The translations under genes and the position numbers were made by a program. The notes below the pieces were generated by a model. It was not told the origin of the DNA, ran no database searches, and worked only from the letters and a program-made list of their open reading frames with translations. Below, piece after piece: positions 62,938 to 64,000 of a DNA stretch of 64,000 nt (position 1 is its first letter; every line of letters starts with the position of its first letter). The stretch is from Octopus bimaculoides (lineage: Eukaryota), in contig NC_068987.1 in assembly GCF_001194135.2 (NCBI RefSeq), positions 14,821,972-14,885,971 of the forward strand. The letters are read 5' to 3'.

Positions 62938-64000
62938 AATGCCACGACAACTGGTGAATGATACTAAAATGGTTCCCGTAATGTATTTTCTTTCATTTTA
63001 GGAATCAGTAAAATAAGAAACATTGATGGACGAATTCAATCAAATATAGTACGCACGCGCACGCGCGCACACACACACGTACATATGTATGTACGTGAGC
63101 CAATATGAGACGATGTTCGGCTTGCTAAAGATAGCAGCCACGCCTCTACTACAACGCATCAGGTGTCTTAAAATGAGAAAGAGCATATGGCAAATACAAG
63201 GCATAGATAAACAGGATGATCAGTAATGGAGTCACTTTGATCTTATGTCTACTCCATCAGACTTCACGCGTAGCAGTACCACACCATGAAATGTTGCATA
63301 TATATATANNNNNNNNNNNNNNNNNNNNNNNNNNNNNNNNNNNNNNNNNNNNNNNNNNNNNNNNNNNNNNNNNNNNNNNNNNNNNNNNNNNNNNNNNNNN
63401 NNNNNNNNNNNNNNNNNNNNNNNNNNNNNNNNNNNNNNNNNNNNNNNNNNNNNNNNNNNNNNNNNNNNNNNNNNNNNNNNNNNNNNNNNNNNNNNNNNNN
63501 NNNNNNNNNNNNNNNNNNNNNNNNNNNNNNNNNNNNNNNNNNNNNNNNNNNNNNNNNNNNNNNNNNNNNNNNNNNNNNNNNNNNNNNNNNNNNNNNNNNN
63601 NNNNNNNNNNNNNNNNNNNNNNNNNNNNNNNNNNNNNNNNNNNNNNNNNNNNNNNNNNNNNNNNNNNNNNNNNNNNNNNNNNNNNNNNNNNNNNNNNNNN
63701 NNNNNNATATATATATATATATATATATATATAAATGTAAATGTAGTATAATTTGCATAAAGCATTGTCCGATGTAGATAAATGCTTTTAAATTATTTTG
63801 GAAGCCAAAACAATGTGAGTTATAAAAAAAATGCAAGCCTAACGCTTGTATGTTTATGTTGTATTTCAATTTTCCGAAGATTTCCTCAAGAAGAGGTCAT
63901 AACCCTGAAATATTGAAAAGAAAGCATAAAGATAAAAGTACAAACCATCGACTTATTTCTTCTAACTTGCAAAGTTTTGGCTTTCATCAAACACAAATAC

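Overview
AT-rich eukaryotic DNA, saturated with repeats and broken by 18 N-gaps (about 6.9 kb, mostly flanked by microsatellites). The SINE set and microsatellite density strongly resemble Octopus (coleoid cephalopod) genomic DNA; this is an inference from recalled repeat sequences, not a database result. I recognise no host protein-coding exon, tRNA or rRNA gene, or CRISPR array, so the window looks intergenic or deep-intronic. Nearly all ORFs in the supplied track are microsatellite or N-gap artefacts. The supportable content is a transposon graveyard. (1) Dozens of tRNA-derived SINE copies from at least 4 families. (2) Three decayed pieces of R4/Dong-like restriction-like-endonuclease (RLE) LINEs, covering the RT core, the thumb plus 3' end, and the CCHC+RLE region. 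(3) Decayed mariner, Tc1 and MULE transposase fragments and a TA-flanked Tc1/mariner MITE. (4) Weaker relics of a gag/ORF1 zinc knuckle, a Penelope-like RT and an RTE 3' end. The most interesting signals are up to six dispersed, apparently non-homologous minimal hammerhead-ribozyme-like motifs of the Penelope-associated type (two with a complete catalytic core), a 330-bp foldback with a second crossing inverted repeat, and a Tc1 derivative whose internal deletion stays in frame.
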